A DNA stretch of 63,827 bases, filler included, from Folioceros fuciformis (lineage: Eukaryota), in the NCBI GenBank assembly GCA_049999805.1. It is 10 parts of 10 records of this genome, joined end to end, with 100 filler letters (N's around TTAATTAATTAA, not from the genome) between each part and the next. Parts side by side here need not be neighbours in the genome. Positions count along the whole stretch, not along the records: positions 6,627 to 14,999 come from JBNGIO010003227.1; positions 15,100 to 25,685 come from JBNGIO010003228.1; 8 more parts are not named here. One strand, written 5' to 3'. The first letter of the stretch is position 1. Each line of letters starts with the position of its first letter. The translations under genes and the position numbers were made by a program. A model generated the notes under the pieces. That model saw only the letters and a program-made list of their open reading frames with translations, was not told the origin of the DNA and searched no databases. Positions 11,201 to 24,300 of this stretch are shown one piece after another.

Positions 11201-14200
11201 CGGTAGGAGCTTGAGGGTAAGCATGATGAGGATAGTCCCAATTGGTCTGAGACCTGCTAGCCGGTTTTTCCCATTCCCTAGATGTAGACTGTGTCGAGAT
11301 ACGACTCCCCCTAGCTTCACACGTATGAAGCCTCCATGCCCACATCGAAGGGGACACCAGACTCTTGACGGAAGATGATTGGGGACGACCACCTTCCTCG
11401 TCGTGAGACTGAGGCCGCTCCGTCCTAGTGCGCTCCCACAGTCTGGCCTGACATATTTCTCGCGAGCTACCTTATGTAGGTTTGTGTTTGACTCGGGTCC
11501 GTGCTTGGCGTTGGAGTTTGGATGGATACCGAATGTACGTACATATGTCTAATCCATCTGCATCTTCGGTGCCGGCACTTCAGAGATCTGTCTGGATATG
11601 GCTCGTGGGGGAACAATTGTGGCCTTGGCATTTGGAACTTTGGGCGATGTCATTCCGGTTGCGGTGAGAGGCTACTACTGAATTCTTCCTTCTCCATGTT
11701 GTGTTCTGGTTTCCACGGAGGACCAGACATTGTGCGCTTCCTCAAACTATGGTCGGCAGCACTCTTGCCTGGCACCTGTGCGCAGCATCAAGCAATGTCG
11801 TGTTTCTGATGGGCTTCCTCATTCGATCGGGAGGCTTTCAGCTGAGATGTTTCGATTGTGCAAGAAGTCCGCCTTGATGGGTTTGTTGGGTGCCCCAAAG
11901 ACGCCCACGATCGTCATATGTTGACGACGAGGAGGTTGTTGGAATGTTTGTAACTTCTTTGCTATATATGTTGCAGGTTCTTGTGGCATCGCTGGCTAAA
12001 GCTAGGCAGGAAGGCTCCGTCTTCTTCATCACCCATGCAGCCCATGAGAAGGTACGTGTCTGTGGATGCAGTGAAGTGAAGGGAGAGTGGGAAATATGGC
12101 TGAGTTGTTTTTCCACGATGGGATTTTCAGTTTTTGTGCAGGCCACTGGCGGCTGCTGGAGTGGCCTTCAGAAAGGTTTCGACTCAGCCAGTGGTCTCTG
12201 CGTCTAAAGTGCATGAAGGTGCGTATGGTAGTGATCTAGCTTCAGATGCTTCGGGGAATCTTTTGAGGGCTTTAAGTAAGTTTGCTGCTGCAATGCATGT
12301 GCTATTCACGCATCAGCTGAGGAAGACTCGGGAGGAGGCTGGAGGGCTTCTGTTGATTTCGAGCATTGGAAAGAGTGTTTGGAAGCGGTGGATGTTATTG
12401 TTGAATTGGGAGGCGCTGCGTTGCAGCTGATTCTCTTCAACTTCTTTGCTCTGGTCTTGCTCTCTCATGACTTCAGGATGTAGTTTCCTGTTGGAGGCTC
12501 CGCACACACAGGCTGATACAGTTGTTCAAATGGTGGCTATCCTGGCAGGAGGGCTGGCATCTCGCTGAGTTCTATGGTGTTCCATGTGCAATTGCGGCAC
12601 CATATGTTGTACCTTACAGGTACCTTTTCCGCATGTCAGGTCATATGGTGCAGAGTCAATTTGTATTGCATTTCTTCTGACTGTTTCTTAGTTCGAGGCA
12701 TCAGCGTATCGGTTTCACTGCGTAACGCTGGCATGCAGTGCTCCTGCTGCATTTGAGAGGAAATTTCGTTACTCACATCCGCATCTTTATCGGCGTCTAA
12801 AACAAGGCGGCCATGGGGAGGTAATGTGGTTATGTCTTCTGCGTTCCCCAACCATAGGTTGAGCTCATCCTCGTGAAACTCAAGCATGGAAGAACAGGAT
12901 CTCAAATGTTACTTTTGTGGAATGTGTAGGTTGGATGGCCTGAGGTACTTCACTGGATGTGGCCACTGTTTAGTGAGCGGTGGGTGACTTGGCGGACAGA
13001 ATCTCTTCGGATGAGCCCCTATCCTCTGACGGTGATCTTCTTAGGCCAAACGCTTCTGCAAATTACATGGACGCCGATCTCTTCGTCACCTAGAATGTTT
13101 TCATCTTTTCCATTACTGCAGGACCCTGTCACTGCCCTTCCAATCTCTCGAGGTTGGCCTGAAGCACCTCCACTACTGTGAGCTTGAAGATACCGTTAAC
13201 AAAAGGCTGATGGCTTGCCTTGTATTTTTGAGAATTCTGCAAGTGATCTCGTGTTGGTCACATGGTGTTGAATTGGATGCTTGTTGAACAGGTACGGCTT
13301 CAGTGACGCAGTGGTGGAGTGTCCTGGTATGTATGCGCACTTCTGCAGAGTCGGCTGTTCTGGTTAGAGACCTTGGTGGCAGACAACTGAAAGCTCTGTA
13401 CAAACTGTGGATGAAAGGGTACTGGCCAAGGAGTGTGCACGTTTGCGGTTTCTGGTTAGCCCCCATCGAGTGGTGGACTCACAGCACCTCTGAAATTGTG
13501 GAGGGGCCTCATGAACCTGCAGCTCCGCCCGTGCATCCCGACTTGCTTGCCACCGAGTTCACTCCTCCCGTCAAGTTGCTTCGATTCCTGGAAGATATCA
13601 GGGATCACGAAGGAAACAAATGTCGGCCTATATTCTTCGGGATGAGCTGCATCGGCAGGTGATGGTCTCTCCCCTTGCTGCAGCAAACTTCTACTCGCCT
13701 TCCACAGGTCCTGGGATGTCCAGGTAATCAGTGAGTTCATCATTTGACTGCAGTTTGGGGCTACTGGAGAATCCCGAGTCCATGCTTCGTGTTCTCAGGC
13801 AGGTTATAGTGGCATCTGGCCAGCATATGATTCTCTTCACCTCTGCTCATGAACCTCTCGACTCCATCATCATGGCTACTGCAAAATCTCTGGCAGACAC
13901 GGAGGGATCATGCAAATCTACTCCCTTCGAAGCTAGCAACGTGAATGATGGCATTTTTCTGTTCGGAGGTCGACTTCTGTGCTACTCAGGGTACTATTTT
14001 CCACACCTGTCTACATCTAGGAATGAGCAACTGAGCATCGTTCTTCTGTGCTGGTGGATGGATGGGTGGGTTCCTGACATGCCACATCATGCAGATTCGT
14101 GCCTTACACCTGGCTGTTCCCGAGGTGCCTCCTGGCCTTCCACCACGGTGGCAGGTAGTGCATGATCATCACCTCTCCCCTGGCCTTCACACATCCACTC

Positions 14201-15099
14201 ACACACGCGCGCGTACACACACACACCCACCACTCCATCGCTGACGGGTCTCTGTACTTGTGCAGTGGGACAACCGCAGCAGCTCTTGTTTCCGGCATTC
14301 CTCAGGTAGGTTAACCGAGCTGGACGTTGATGGACCACACCACTTCATCAAGAAAGCCTGTCTGACTTCCGCTTCCTACAGATAATCTGTCCGTTCATCC
14401 TGGACCAGTTTTACTGGGCAGAGCGGATGGCCTGGATCGGCATCTCCCCGGCACCTGTTAAGTCCTGCCATCTTTTCCCTGAAGACGACTTGGAGGAAGC
14501 TGCCACCGCCGTCGTGAACGCTGTTCGAGAGGCTTCGTCTCCAGCAATGCAGGATTGTGCAGCTGCCCTGGCCCAGAGACTCCTGAAAGAGGTCTGTGCC
14601 CTCTCCCTTTCCTTTCCAGGATCAGGGTGTCCCGTCGCTTCCTCCTGGGTTGCTGCGAGTGAAACGTGGTTCTCGCCAGGACGGTGTTGCGGTCGGTGTA
14701 TCTCTCCTGGAGGCAAAGCTGGATGGTGAGGAGTAGGGCCCACCAATGCCCTAAAAGCATCGGAGTACCAACCGCCGAGGCATACGGAATGATCCTGAAG
14801 GTCGTCCTCCGTGAACGGGAAGCGCCGAGCCGCCAACGTTGCGAAATGGGCAACTAGGGTTCTGGCTGCTAAGCGACACCATTGTCGCCGCGCTTCCAAG
14901 GTGGAAGCAAGGCCGATCCAGGATCCTCGAGGAAGCTTCCGAATTTCGCGGTGTGCGTGCACGCAGTCCGGTTCTCCTGGCGGCTGTTGAGAATCACGCN
15001 NNNNNNNNNNNNNNNNNNNNNNNNNNNNNNNNNNNNNNNNNNNTTAATTAATTAANNNNNNNNNNNNNNNNNNNNNNNNNNNNNNNNNNNNNNNNNNNN

Positions 15100-15235
15100 T
15101 GGGAAGACGAGTCCCGATGAAGCAGAGCTGTGGGAAGACGAGTCCCGATGAAGCAGAGCTGTGGGAAGACGAGTCCCGATGAAGCAGAGCTGTGGGAAGA
15201 CGAGTCCCGATGAAGCAGAGCTGTGGGAAGACGAG
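15100..15235. repeat. Exact 31-bp tandem repeat, about 4.4 copies, at contig edge
   Basis: Unit TGTGGGAAGACGAGTCCCGATGAAGCAGAGC with no spacers. Confidence 0.95.
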
Positions 15236-15612
15236 CACATATGATTCTCTATTGCCTAGAGCTGATCTAGCCAAAAATGTGTATTTAATATGTCCTGGGG
15301 ATATGGAAAATGCAGAAGCCCTAGAGGAGTATACATGCCAACAAACCGGCATTCATATGGTGTGGCTAGGCTGTAAGCCAAAACACAAAACACATCTATT
15401 GTGAGTGCCCTAAGTGCCACAATTAAACTGTATTTAATTAGTGCAAAATCTAATTATTATAAATTACTAAAACCTAATTACTTATGTGTACTAGGTTCAT
15501 TTGGAAACTAGGTTCATTTTGGAAACTCAGCGAGGAAGCTAGAGAATACAATGAGGACTGTGTAGGGATAGAGGAAGAACTTAATGCATTGGACAAAATA
15601 CTTGACCTTTAG
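15236..15612 (+). CDS. Putative spliced antisense ORF in the 3' region of copia B (5' end lost in repeat/gap)
   Basis: Exon to 15400, then GTGAGT donor at 15401, AT-rich 94-nt intron, TAG acceptor at 15494. The joined frame stays open (…KTHLLFIWKLGSFWKLSEEAREYNEDCVGIEEELNALDKILDL*). AATAAA at 15644-15649. Confidence 0.4.
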
Positions 15613-16005
15613 GAAATCTTAGGTAAATATTTTTTAAATGCCCAATAAAGTTTTTCTTCTTAATCAACCAAGGTTAGGGTGATTTAACATACACTATGCC
15701 TAAACTTCTCATGTGTTTGTTTTGTAAATCTTGTCCTAAAGACTTAGTTAGGATATCAGCTGGGTTCTCATGGGTTTGGACATAACTTATGTTTATTGTC
15801 TTATTTTCTAGCATTTCTCGAATGTAGTGATATTCTACAGCTATATGCTTGGTCCGAGAGTGAAAAACAGGGTTTCTAGCTAAGGATATGGCTCCTTGGC
15901 TATCACTAAATAGAGGAGTGGGATCATTCTGAGGATGACCAAGCTCACTTAAAGCTAACCTGCTCCAGACAATATCCTTGGAAACTAAGGTTAGGACTCT
16001 ATAGT

Positions 16006-16138
16006 CGGACTCAGTACTTGAGAGGGCAATGGTTGGTTGTTTCTTACTTGACCATGATATGGGTGCTCCTCCGGACTCAGTACTTGAGAGGGCAATGGTT
16101 GGTTGTTTCTTACTTGACCATGATATGGGTGCTCCTCC
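16006..16138. repeat. Exact 66-bp in-frame tandem duplication in RNase H
   Basis: GGAPISWSSKKQPTIALSSTES is encoded twice; copies start at 16006 and 16072. Confidence 0.95.
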
Positions 16139-19100
16139 CAGTAGTAATATATAACCGGATACGGACTTGCAGGTATCAGGATCGCTAGCATAATCAGCAT
16201 CAGCAAATGCTGCTAGAATTAACTTCAGGATGCTGGGTCGATGCTTAAACATTAATCCAGTGTGCATAGTGCCTTTGAGATATCTGAATATTCGTTTGAC
16301 ATATACCCAATGTTCTGTTCCAGGGTTTTCCAGAAACTAGGAACATGCACTAACTTCGAAGGAGATATCAGGTCTTGTGAAATTGCTTAAATAAGTTAAG
16401 GTACCCACAACATGTCTGTAAGGGACTGCTAACATCTCTTGTTTTTCTGCATCTGTTTAAGGGCTCATAGCTTTAGTGAGCCGAATGCCACTTGCAAATA
16501 ATGTAGCTGGCTTAGCATCTTCAAGTCCAAACTTGGCTAAACTTTCTCTTATATACTTAGTTTGTACAAAGCTTAAAGTTTTGTTGCCTCTATCCCTTAT
16601 AATATTAACTCCAAGGGCATAAGTAATCTCTCCTAAATCGGTCATTTCAAAAGAACTTCTTAACCATACCTTGGTTTCAGCTAAGAGAGAGAGTGAGGAT
16701 GATGCCATAAACAAGTCATCAACATAAAGCAGGAGATATAGAATATCACTTCCTGATTTCAATATGTACATGCTAGCATCTGCCTTGCTTTGTCTGAAGC
16801 CTCGGTTAACTAGCTTGACTTGTATAACGACGTTCCATTCTTTGCCTGATTGCTTCAGGCCATAAAGGCACTTAATGAGTTTGCATACCCAATCTTCCTT
16901 TCCCTTGACCTCATAGCCCTTAGGCTGTTTCATATAAATTTCTTCTTCCAGACGCCCATGTAGGTATGCTATTTTGACGTCCATCATATGGAGGTGTAGG
17001 TCATATTGTGCAGTTAAGGCTAAGATCATTCTTAGGGAGGCAAACTTGGAAACTGGTGCATAGGTGGCCCAGGGTATGTAATCTAAACCAGGTATCTGGG
17101 TAAACCCTCTTACCACTAAGCGTGCCTTATATCTTTCTATGGAACCATCACCCTTTCTTTTTATTTTGAATACCCACTTGCTAGTCACTATCTTTCTTCC
17201 CTTAGGTGGTTTCACTAATTCCCATGTAGAATTCTTCACTAATGAGTCGTACTTAGAATCTACAGCTACTTTCCACAAGTCTTTCTCAGGAGAGGAAAAT
17301 GCTTGTTTTAAGGTTTGTGGCTCTTCGGGATCAACTGTCGCTTTGTATACAGCTTGATGATAAGGTGAAAAGGGAGAAACTAGATCATCTAGGGTAGCAA
17401 GGTATCCAAGGGGTGGTTCCTTCCATCCTGCAGGTCCTGGAATGTTAGGTCTAGTTCTCAGGTTGTACCTCAAAGCAGGTTGTTGTTGTAGAATATTTTC
17501 TTCAATGTCGACTTCTTCATGAGCTGGCTCTTCTGTTGGTGAGTTAGGCTTATCTTTAGGCTTGTCTTTGAGCTCGTCCTCATGCACAATTCATTCAATC
17601 TCGGGGATAATAAAGTTGTCCTTGAGATGATAGTCATCCTCCAAGTGGAGAGGTTCTTGTCCGTCGGGATCTGGTGTAGTAGGTCGACATGGAATATGTT
17701 CTAACAGCTCCTCCTCCTCCTGCAGAGTAGGTTCAACAAAAGGAACGCTCGTAGCAGGGAGCGGATGAAGGGTGACAAATCCATCATCATCAAAAGATGA
17801 GGACTCCGTGTGCACCCCGAAGGAAACATCGAGAGTGGCAGGAGCTCCCACTGAAGGGGAAAGTAAAGGGGACTCATGAAAAGTCATGCTCCTTGCATAT
17901 ATAATTTTCCTAGTGAAAGGGTGGAATAACTTGTATCCTTTGATGCCTTCCGTATAGCCAATGAAAGTGTACTTGACTGCCTTAGGGTCTAACTTCTTGC
18001 GTTGTACTTTGGGTATAAAAACATACGCAGGTGACCCAAAAATCCGAAGATGTTCAATGGAGGGCTTTCTATCAGTGAGAGCTTCATAAGGTGTTATACT
18101 TGGGACTGCGGAGGTGGGCAGTCGATTAATAAGATACGTTGCTGTCATAATGGCCTCGGCCCAATAACTCTTGGATAGTTGGGCTTGAGTAAGCAAGCAA
18201 CTAGTGATCTCTTGTAGGCGTAAATTCTTATTCTCTGCGACGCCATTTTGTTGAGGAGTGTGTACCACAGTGAGTTGCTGAGCTATACCTTCAACTCGGC
18301 AAAAATCAGCAAAATTATTGGATGTGAACTCGCCACCATTGTCGGAACACAATGTTTTGAGTTTCTTATCCGTAAGTCTCTGTGCCCACATCATGTAATC
18401 CTTGAAAAATTGAAAGGCCTGGCTTTTGTGTTTCAGGATATAGGTGAGGACAAAACAAGAGTAATCATTGATGAAGGTTAAAAAATATCTGCAACCACTA
18501 AAGGAAGGGCAGAAATGGGACCACAAATGTCTGTATGAACCAACTCAAGACATGCCTTGGCCCGCTGTGGAGATGGGTTATGAAAAGGAGCTTGGTACCA
18601 TTTTGTGACAACACAAGCTTCACACCAAGACAGAGGTTCTATCTTGGAGAGGGAGGGTGATCTATAAAAATTTCCCTTAGACATTTGGATCAGCTTTTGG
18701 CTATTATGATGACCTAAACGGCAGTGCCAAAGCATAGTATGGGAGGAGGTGGTAGAATTTTGGGAAGCTACATTGATGAGATGTGAGGGACCCACTTGGA
18801 CTGAGAGTTTATATAGTCCATCTTCTAGTGTACTTGAGCAGATGGTGTGCGGCTTACTTGATAGATAAGAAAGAAGACAAATATCTGCTTGGAGGATAAT
18901 TTGCATGCTATGTTCTGAACACAAACTAGCAGTTGACACTAGGTTTTTACACATGGATAGTACATGGAGGACATGAGAGAGAGAGAGAACTTGGCCTGAA
19001 GAGAATCTGAGAACAATTGAACCTACACCAGAGATTGTGAGGTTATGATCATCGCCCACTAGGATAGTTTGATGTCCTGTAGCTGGCAAGTAAGACTCAA

Positions 19101-20392
19101 AAGAGTTTATGTTGTGACAGATATGAGATGTAGCACCACCGTCTAAATACCAATATTGGTTGGAGGGCTTGGATGATGCCAAGCATATAGTGAGTGCTGA
19201 TGGTGTTGCTGAGCTCTTTTTCTTCACAGCAACATTTGCTCCAGGGGTAGCCTCCTTCTTAGGCTCACCGTTCTTCTTCTTGTAGCAGTCCTTCTCCATA
19301 TGATTCGGTATTTAGCACCAATTACAAATAACTCCCACCTTCTTCTTACCTCTTGCAGGTTTGGAAAAAGTGCGTTCTCCATCGGGAGAATTAGGATTTG
19401 GCCTAAGAGGAAAGGGTCTACCGCGGCCTCGGCCACGCCCTCTTCCTCTGCCTCGTCCTGTAAACATCACCTGCTATCTGGTAGATCGCGGATTCTCTTG
19501 TCGACGACTGGCATCCTCCTGTATAATGGCTCCAATTAATTCATCAACGCGAATATCCAGCGTGTTGGAGCCAATTGCGTTCTTTTCTTTCTGTGCGGCT
19601 CTAAGGACAGCACTTTGTGTTGTCACAAAGGACCTATAGGAGGGTGGTTAGGAGGCAAGGAGACCAATAAAGGCTGCTTTCTCGGTAAGTTTCTCGTCAG
19701 TTGATGCTTCGAAATTATTCTTGGCAACACGGAAAGCAGTGATATGATGATCAATGGAATCATTCGCCTTCATTTTCAGGTCGTGGAGATGACAGGTAGC
19801 AGTCAATAAGCTCATCCCGTCTTTAGAGGCATATAATTGAGCTAGACGCTCCCACGTATTATGAGATGTGCCGGCTCCTGAAACTTGGCGTACCGTGAAT
19901 TCGGTAAGACCTTGAAGAAGGATATCTCGAGCCCTTTAGTCCTTAGCGTCCCATTCTTCATGTTTATCTTCATCCCAAAGGTGTCTGGTCTCGGTTCCTC
20001 TGACAATATGCCATAGGCCATGACTACGTAACACTCCTTGCACTCGATCTTGCCATACATCATACCCTCTTCCATTGAATCTATCTTTCTCCTTGAAGTT
20101 GTGTGCTTGAATCAAAGTGGTGGGCTTTGATTCAGAATTAGTCAGCTTCTTCTTCTCCTTCTCTTTGAACTTTTCAAGTTCATCTTGCCATTTGGCCCGC
20201 TCTTCTTTGAGCCATACAGCCTTCTGGGCTTCAATATATCATGCCTTCTCTTCGGCAATTTCTTTATCGTCGGAGAAGTCTACCCGGTCAGACATTGCAT
20301 GTGTGTTTATTGATGCAGATTACGCCATCCTTGACGCGACGACTTCTCGCTTGTATTAGCGGCAAAAAAGCGTGAGCAGTTATAGCATTTCT

Positions 20393-20932
20393 TCAAAGGG
20401 GAATTATCTGCATCGTCATCAAAATCTGCAGATGGGTTACAAAACCCTTACAAGCAAGTGAGTTGGATCTATTGGCTCTTGGGAGGACTAGTTCTTGAAG
20501 ACCGCTGGTGATTGAATGTAATTGATCAATGAGATAATTCAATCTATCATTAGTAGCAGTATGAAGAATTCTCGCTTCTGCTCTGATGGAGTCAAGAGAC
20601 TGCTGCAAATGATCTGGATTTGGATTGAAGACCTTTGGCCTATGCTTAATATACTTAAAAATAGATGACTCAATGGCGCTAGACTGCAAAAGGTCAAAAG
20701 AGGTTAGGAGATCTTTGTGAGCGTAATTTATGTTACCTACTCTATCTCCAGACTTAGAAACAAGGGCTTCTATGAGACGACACACTTGTGTTTCAACAAC
20801 ATCAATTTCAGGAGCGTTGAGATCAAAGTTTTCCTCCTGAATTGCAAATAATCTGGGTTGTTGTTGTCTCTTCTTCTTTGAAGCCTTGATCTTCCTCCTA
20901 TACTCTTGTTTGCTGGGATTGAAACAATCCAT
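20393..20932 (-). CDS. Accessory ORF (179 aa from ATG) between PBS and gag in copia B
   Basis: Open frame MDCFNPSK..., basic stretch RRKIKASKKKRQQQPR, heptads LQQSLDSIRAEARILHTATNDRLNYLIDQLHSITSGLQEL. Ends about 100 bp before the gag ATG. Confidence 0.55.
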   Translation of the reverse strand: MDCFNPSKQEYRRKIKASKKKRQQQPRLFAIQEENFDLNAPEIDVVETQVCRLIEALVSKSGDRVGNINYAHKDLLTSFDLLQSSAIESSIFKYIKHRPKVFNPNPDHLQQSLDSIRAEARILHTATNDRLNYLIDQLHSITSGLQELVLPRANRSNSLACKGFVTHLQILMTMQIIPL

Positions 20933-21138
20933 GGAGGGCAAACAAGGGGTGAATGCACAAAAAGTGCATCCTTAAAGTATTGTGCTCCACTCAAGTTGGT
21001 TGCTATTCAAAGCGAGGTCTCTATGCTCCATGATCTTCGCTGGAAAAGCTAAAAGTGCAAATGCATGGAGGAGAGAAGAGTCATGAACAAAAGCAAGCAA
21101 GAGTGCTCAAGCACAAGGATCAGTGGGCTTTGATACCA

Positions 21139-21393
21139 TGATGAAAATCACACACACTAAGCTCTTAAGAAAGAGATTCTTATATATATTAATACAAAAT
21201 ACAAAGCCTATTTATAGGCAAGGTGGTTAGGTGGTTACAACCATAAGTAGTTGTAACCATCAAGTAGTTATAACTACCCTAACCACTAACTACCTAGAGC
21301 AACTAACTAGTAACTACTTAATGCCCTAGGTAGATAATAATGCTTAAGTTAGGTACCCTAGTGAATAGTGCCCTAACCCTAATCTATTTTACA
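21139..21393 (-). repeat. 5' LTR of copia B
   Basis: Abuts the PBS. Plus-strand ends are TGATGAAAAT and ATTTTACA, with an internal TATA-rich region. The right boundary is inferred. Confidence 0.7.
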
Positions 21394-24300
21394 GTCATCT
21401 ATCTCCTGCTGTGCACCGCCATGTCAACAGCAAGCGAGATGAGCAGCCTGCAAGCCGAATCTGCGACGAAGGCCAAGGGGAAAGGACCTGCTCTTCAGAG
21501 GACATCGCCACCACCAGCTAGGAAGAGCCCTAGATTGCACAAGGGCGTCCCTTCTGACGATTGGGACGAGAGTCACACTGTTGGGCAGTCCATAAAGCTT
21601 CGAGGGTACGCAGTCAGTATAGAGGGCCGACTGCGCTGGAGAAAAAATAACTGAGGAGGCTGCAATGCCGCCTCCGACTCGGGACGATCTTGGAGAGGAG
21701 ATGAGCTTGGTTGGTCAGCTTCAGGCAGTGGGAGCGCTGCTGAATCAAATCAAAGAGTCCTCCGAAGTTGCGGCTGAGTGCAAGGTGATTAAATTCACGT
21801 AAGGCTTCATCCGCCCTACCTAGCCTTTGATTCCTGTGCTCCCTCACATACTGACAGTCTGTTAAAACATGTGCCTGTGGATCTGTGTAGGAAGTAAGGG
21901 CCTGGCAGTGCTGGAGGCTGGTGATAGCTACATCAAGCTATAGGAGCATCAATCACCAATCAGAAAGCATAGGCTCCCACCCCCGCACACCAACCAGATA
22001 CATACTGTGCACTCTATTTTGCGTCCTTGAGCATGTAACCTGTCAGGTTGCAGAGTCCAAGTCCCTCCATATGCTGATAATGTCTCGATTTGAGCAGAGC
22101 GTTGGTCAACACATCTGCTGTGTTCTCGTCTGTGTGGACATAATCAACTTTCACAACAGCACGCTCCACCACATCTCTGATATAATGGTGTTGTATCTCC
22201 ATGTGTTTAGTTTGGGCGTGAAACCTAGGGTTTGCAATAAGAGCCAGGGCAGACATATTATCGCACAAAAAAGGAGTTGGCCTCATCTCCTGCTAGCCCA
22301 AATCTACAAGGAAAGTCCTTTCCCACTCTCCCTATATAGAGGTCCTCGTCTAGTGCTCCATAGAGGTATGCCGTGCACACGTCCATTTGATACAATTCTA
22401 GGTTATGTTCTACAGCTAAAGCTAGAATCATTCTGATTGATTGTGATCTCACGACAAGAGAGAAGGTTTCTTGGTAGTCTAGTCCCTCGACCTGTGTGAT
22501 ACCCCTGGCGACAAGTCTCGCCTTGTATCTGGCTATCTCTCCTTTGTCATTCAACTTAATTTGAATACCCACTTACAAGAGATGGGTTTCCTGTCAGGCG
22601 GCAAGTCCACCAATTTCCAAGTATGGTTTTTGACGAGGCTGTTGAACTTGTCATCAACCGCGAATTTCCATTTGTCTTTTTTAAGGCTTGAAAAAGCCTC
22701 TTTTAGCGATTTAGGTTCCAAGTCAATTGTGGTTGATGCAGCATGTATAGCTTCAGCATAAGATGTGCGGAAATCGATGGACTGGTATCTAGGCTCCTTC
22801 CATTCTTCAGGAGGTGGCATGTGCCTGCTGGAATGTCTTGGAGGAGGGTCATCCGGTGGTAGGGGTTCTTCCTCAATTTCTGGTCCAGCATCCAGCTCAT
22901 TAACAACATCAGGTAAGCCTCCTGGATCATCAGCATGTGCTACATCTTCCTGGAAATTCTGCTCATGAAAGTTGTCCTCATTGCTAGGAACGTTTACAAC
23001 ATCATCTACATAGCCTTGTGCCTAGTCAGCAGGGTCTTGTTCATATGGATCTGGATGGACAGGATCAGGGTTTGCTGGAGCCGGTATCACTTGTGCTAGG
23101 TTAGGGCCTGCGTCGTCTAGGAAGTCAAATTCAGATGTTTCTTCTTCCTGATTTTCTCCCTCAGCAGCTGAATTGGCTCCCTCAGAATCCAAATGGAACT
23201 GAAAACTTGGAGTAACAGGGCGTGTAGGCTCAATGAAGGTGACAGACTTGGCCAGAACAGCTGTCTGTGAGGAAGGATTGTATCATTTGTATGCCTTGGA
23301 AGTATCACTATATCCAACAAAGATGAGGGCTTGAGCCCTAGGGTCTAACTTCCGCCTCTTCTCTTCAGGTATAAGTGCAAAAGCATGGGATCCAAAGACC
23401 CGTAAGTGCAGCAAGCTTGGTTTTCTGTTCCACATGGCTTCAAAAGGTGTCTTCAAAGGGACTGAGCTGGTAAACAGTCTATTAAGTACATATGTAGCAG
23501 CAACAATAGCCTTGGCCTAGAATTTTTGAGGTAATCCAGCCAGAGAAGCATGCTACGTGTCATGAATAAGAGGGTTTGGTTCTTGCGTTCGGCCAGACCA
23601 TTCTGCTGTGGCGTGTATGGAAAAATCAACTGCCTCTGTACACCATGTTCATGTAAGAATGCGTCAAAGGCTGTATTCAAGAATTCTGCGCCATTATCAG
23701 TCCTTAATTACTTGACTGAATTTCCTGTCTGGCGCTGTACAGTTACAAACTAGTCCTGGAATGTGGCGAAGGTATCACTCTTGAGTTGTAAAGGGTACGT
23801 CTAGGTATACTGTGAGTAATCATCTGTGATACTTAGGTAGTACAAAGCACTGCCTAGTGAAGGTACTTGGATTTTCCCTGAGATATCTGCGTGCACAAGT
23901 TCTAGGATAGCCTTTGCTCTGTATGACACCAGGTGTGGAAATGGATGCTGCTTCTGCTTGGCTATGATGCAAGCCTCATAGGAAGGGAGGTCCTTAAAAC
24001 ATCGAGGTAAAGGTTCCTTATGACATTCCTATAGAGACATATCTACCAACTTGTGCTGGTTCACGTGACAGAGGCGAGCATGCCATAGGACTGCTAATTT
24101 TTGTGTATCTGTGGATGCTAAACCTGCTATCTGCTTATGTGTGAAAATGTCCAGCCTGTACAGATCATTTTCCAAAATGCCTTTGAAGACGTTCAAGGAT
24201 GGGTCAGTATTTCTGTAAAACAGGCATGTGTCATCTATAGCCTTCATGTGGTAGGTCCTTTGCTGCATTAGTTTGCTGAGGGATAGGAGGTTCTTTGCCA

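Larger units (their letters stand above)
15100..21393 (-). mobile_element. Ty1/copia retrotransposon B with 5' LTR and tRNA-iMet PBS; 3' LTR not in contig
   Basis: 5' LTR about 21139-21393 (TG...CA). PBS TGGTATCAAAGC at 21138-21127. gag ATG 20295 (KDRFNG), zinc knuckle, protease WYLDGGATSH, integrase HTPQQNGVAE, RT LYVDD, RNase H ending at 15674. The left boundary is the contig edge. Confidence 0.95.

Noticed and set aside
21921-22436. 171-aa plus-strand ORF (and similar ones at 3939-4505 and 58435-58815)
   Set aside because: Mostly antisense shadows of conserved gag or RNase H coding sequence, with no independent signal.
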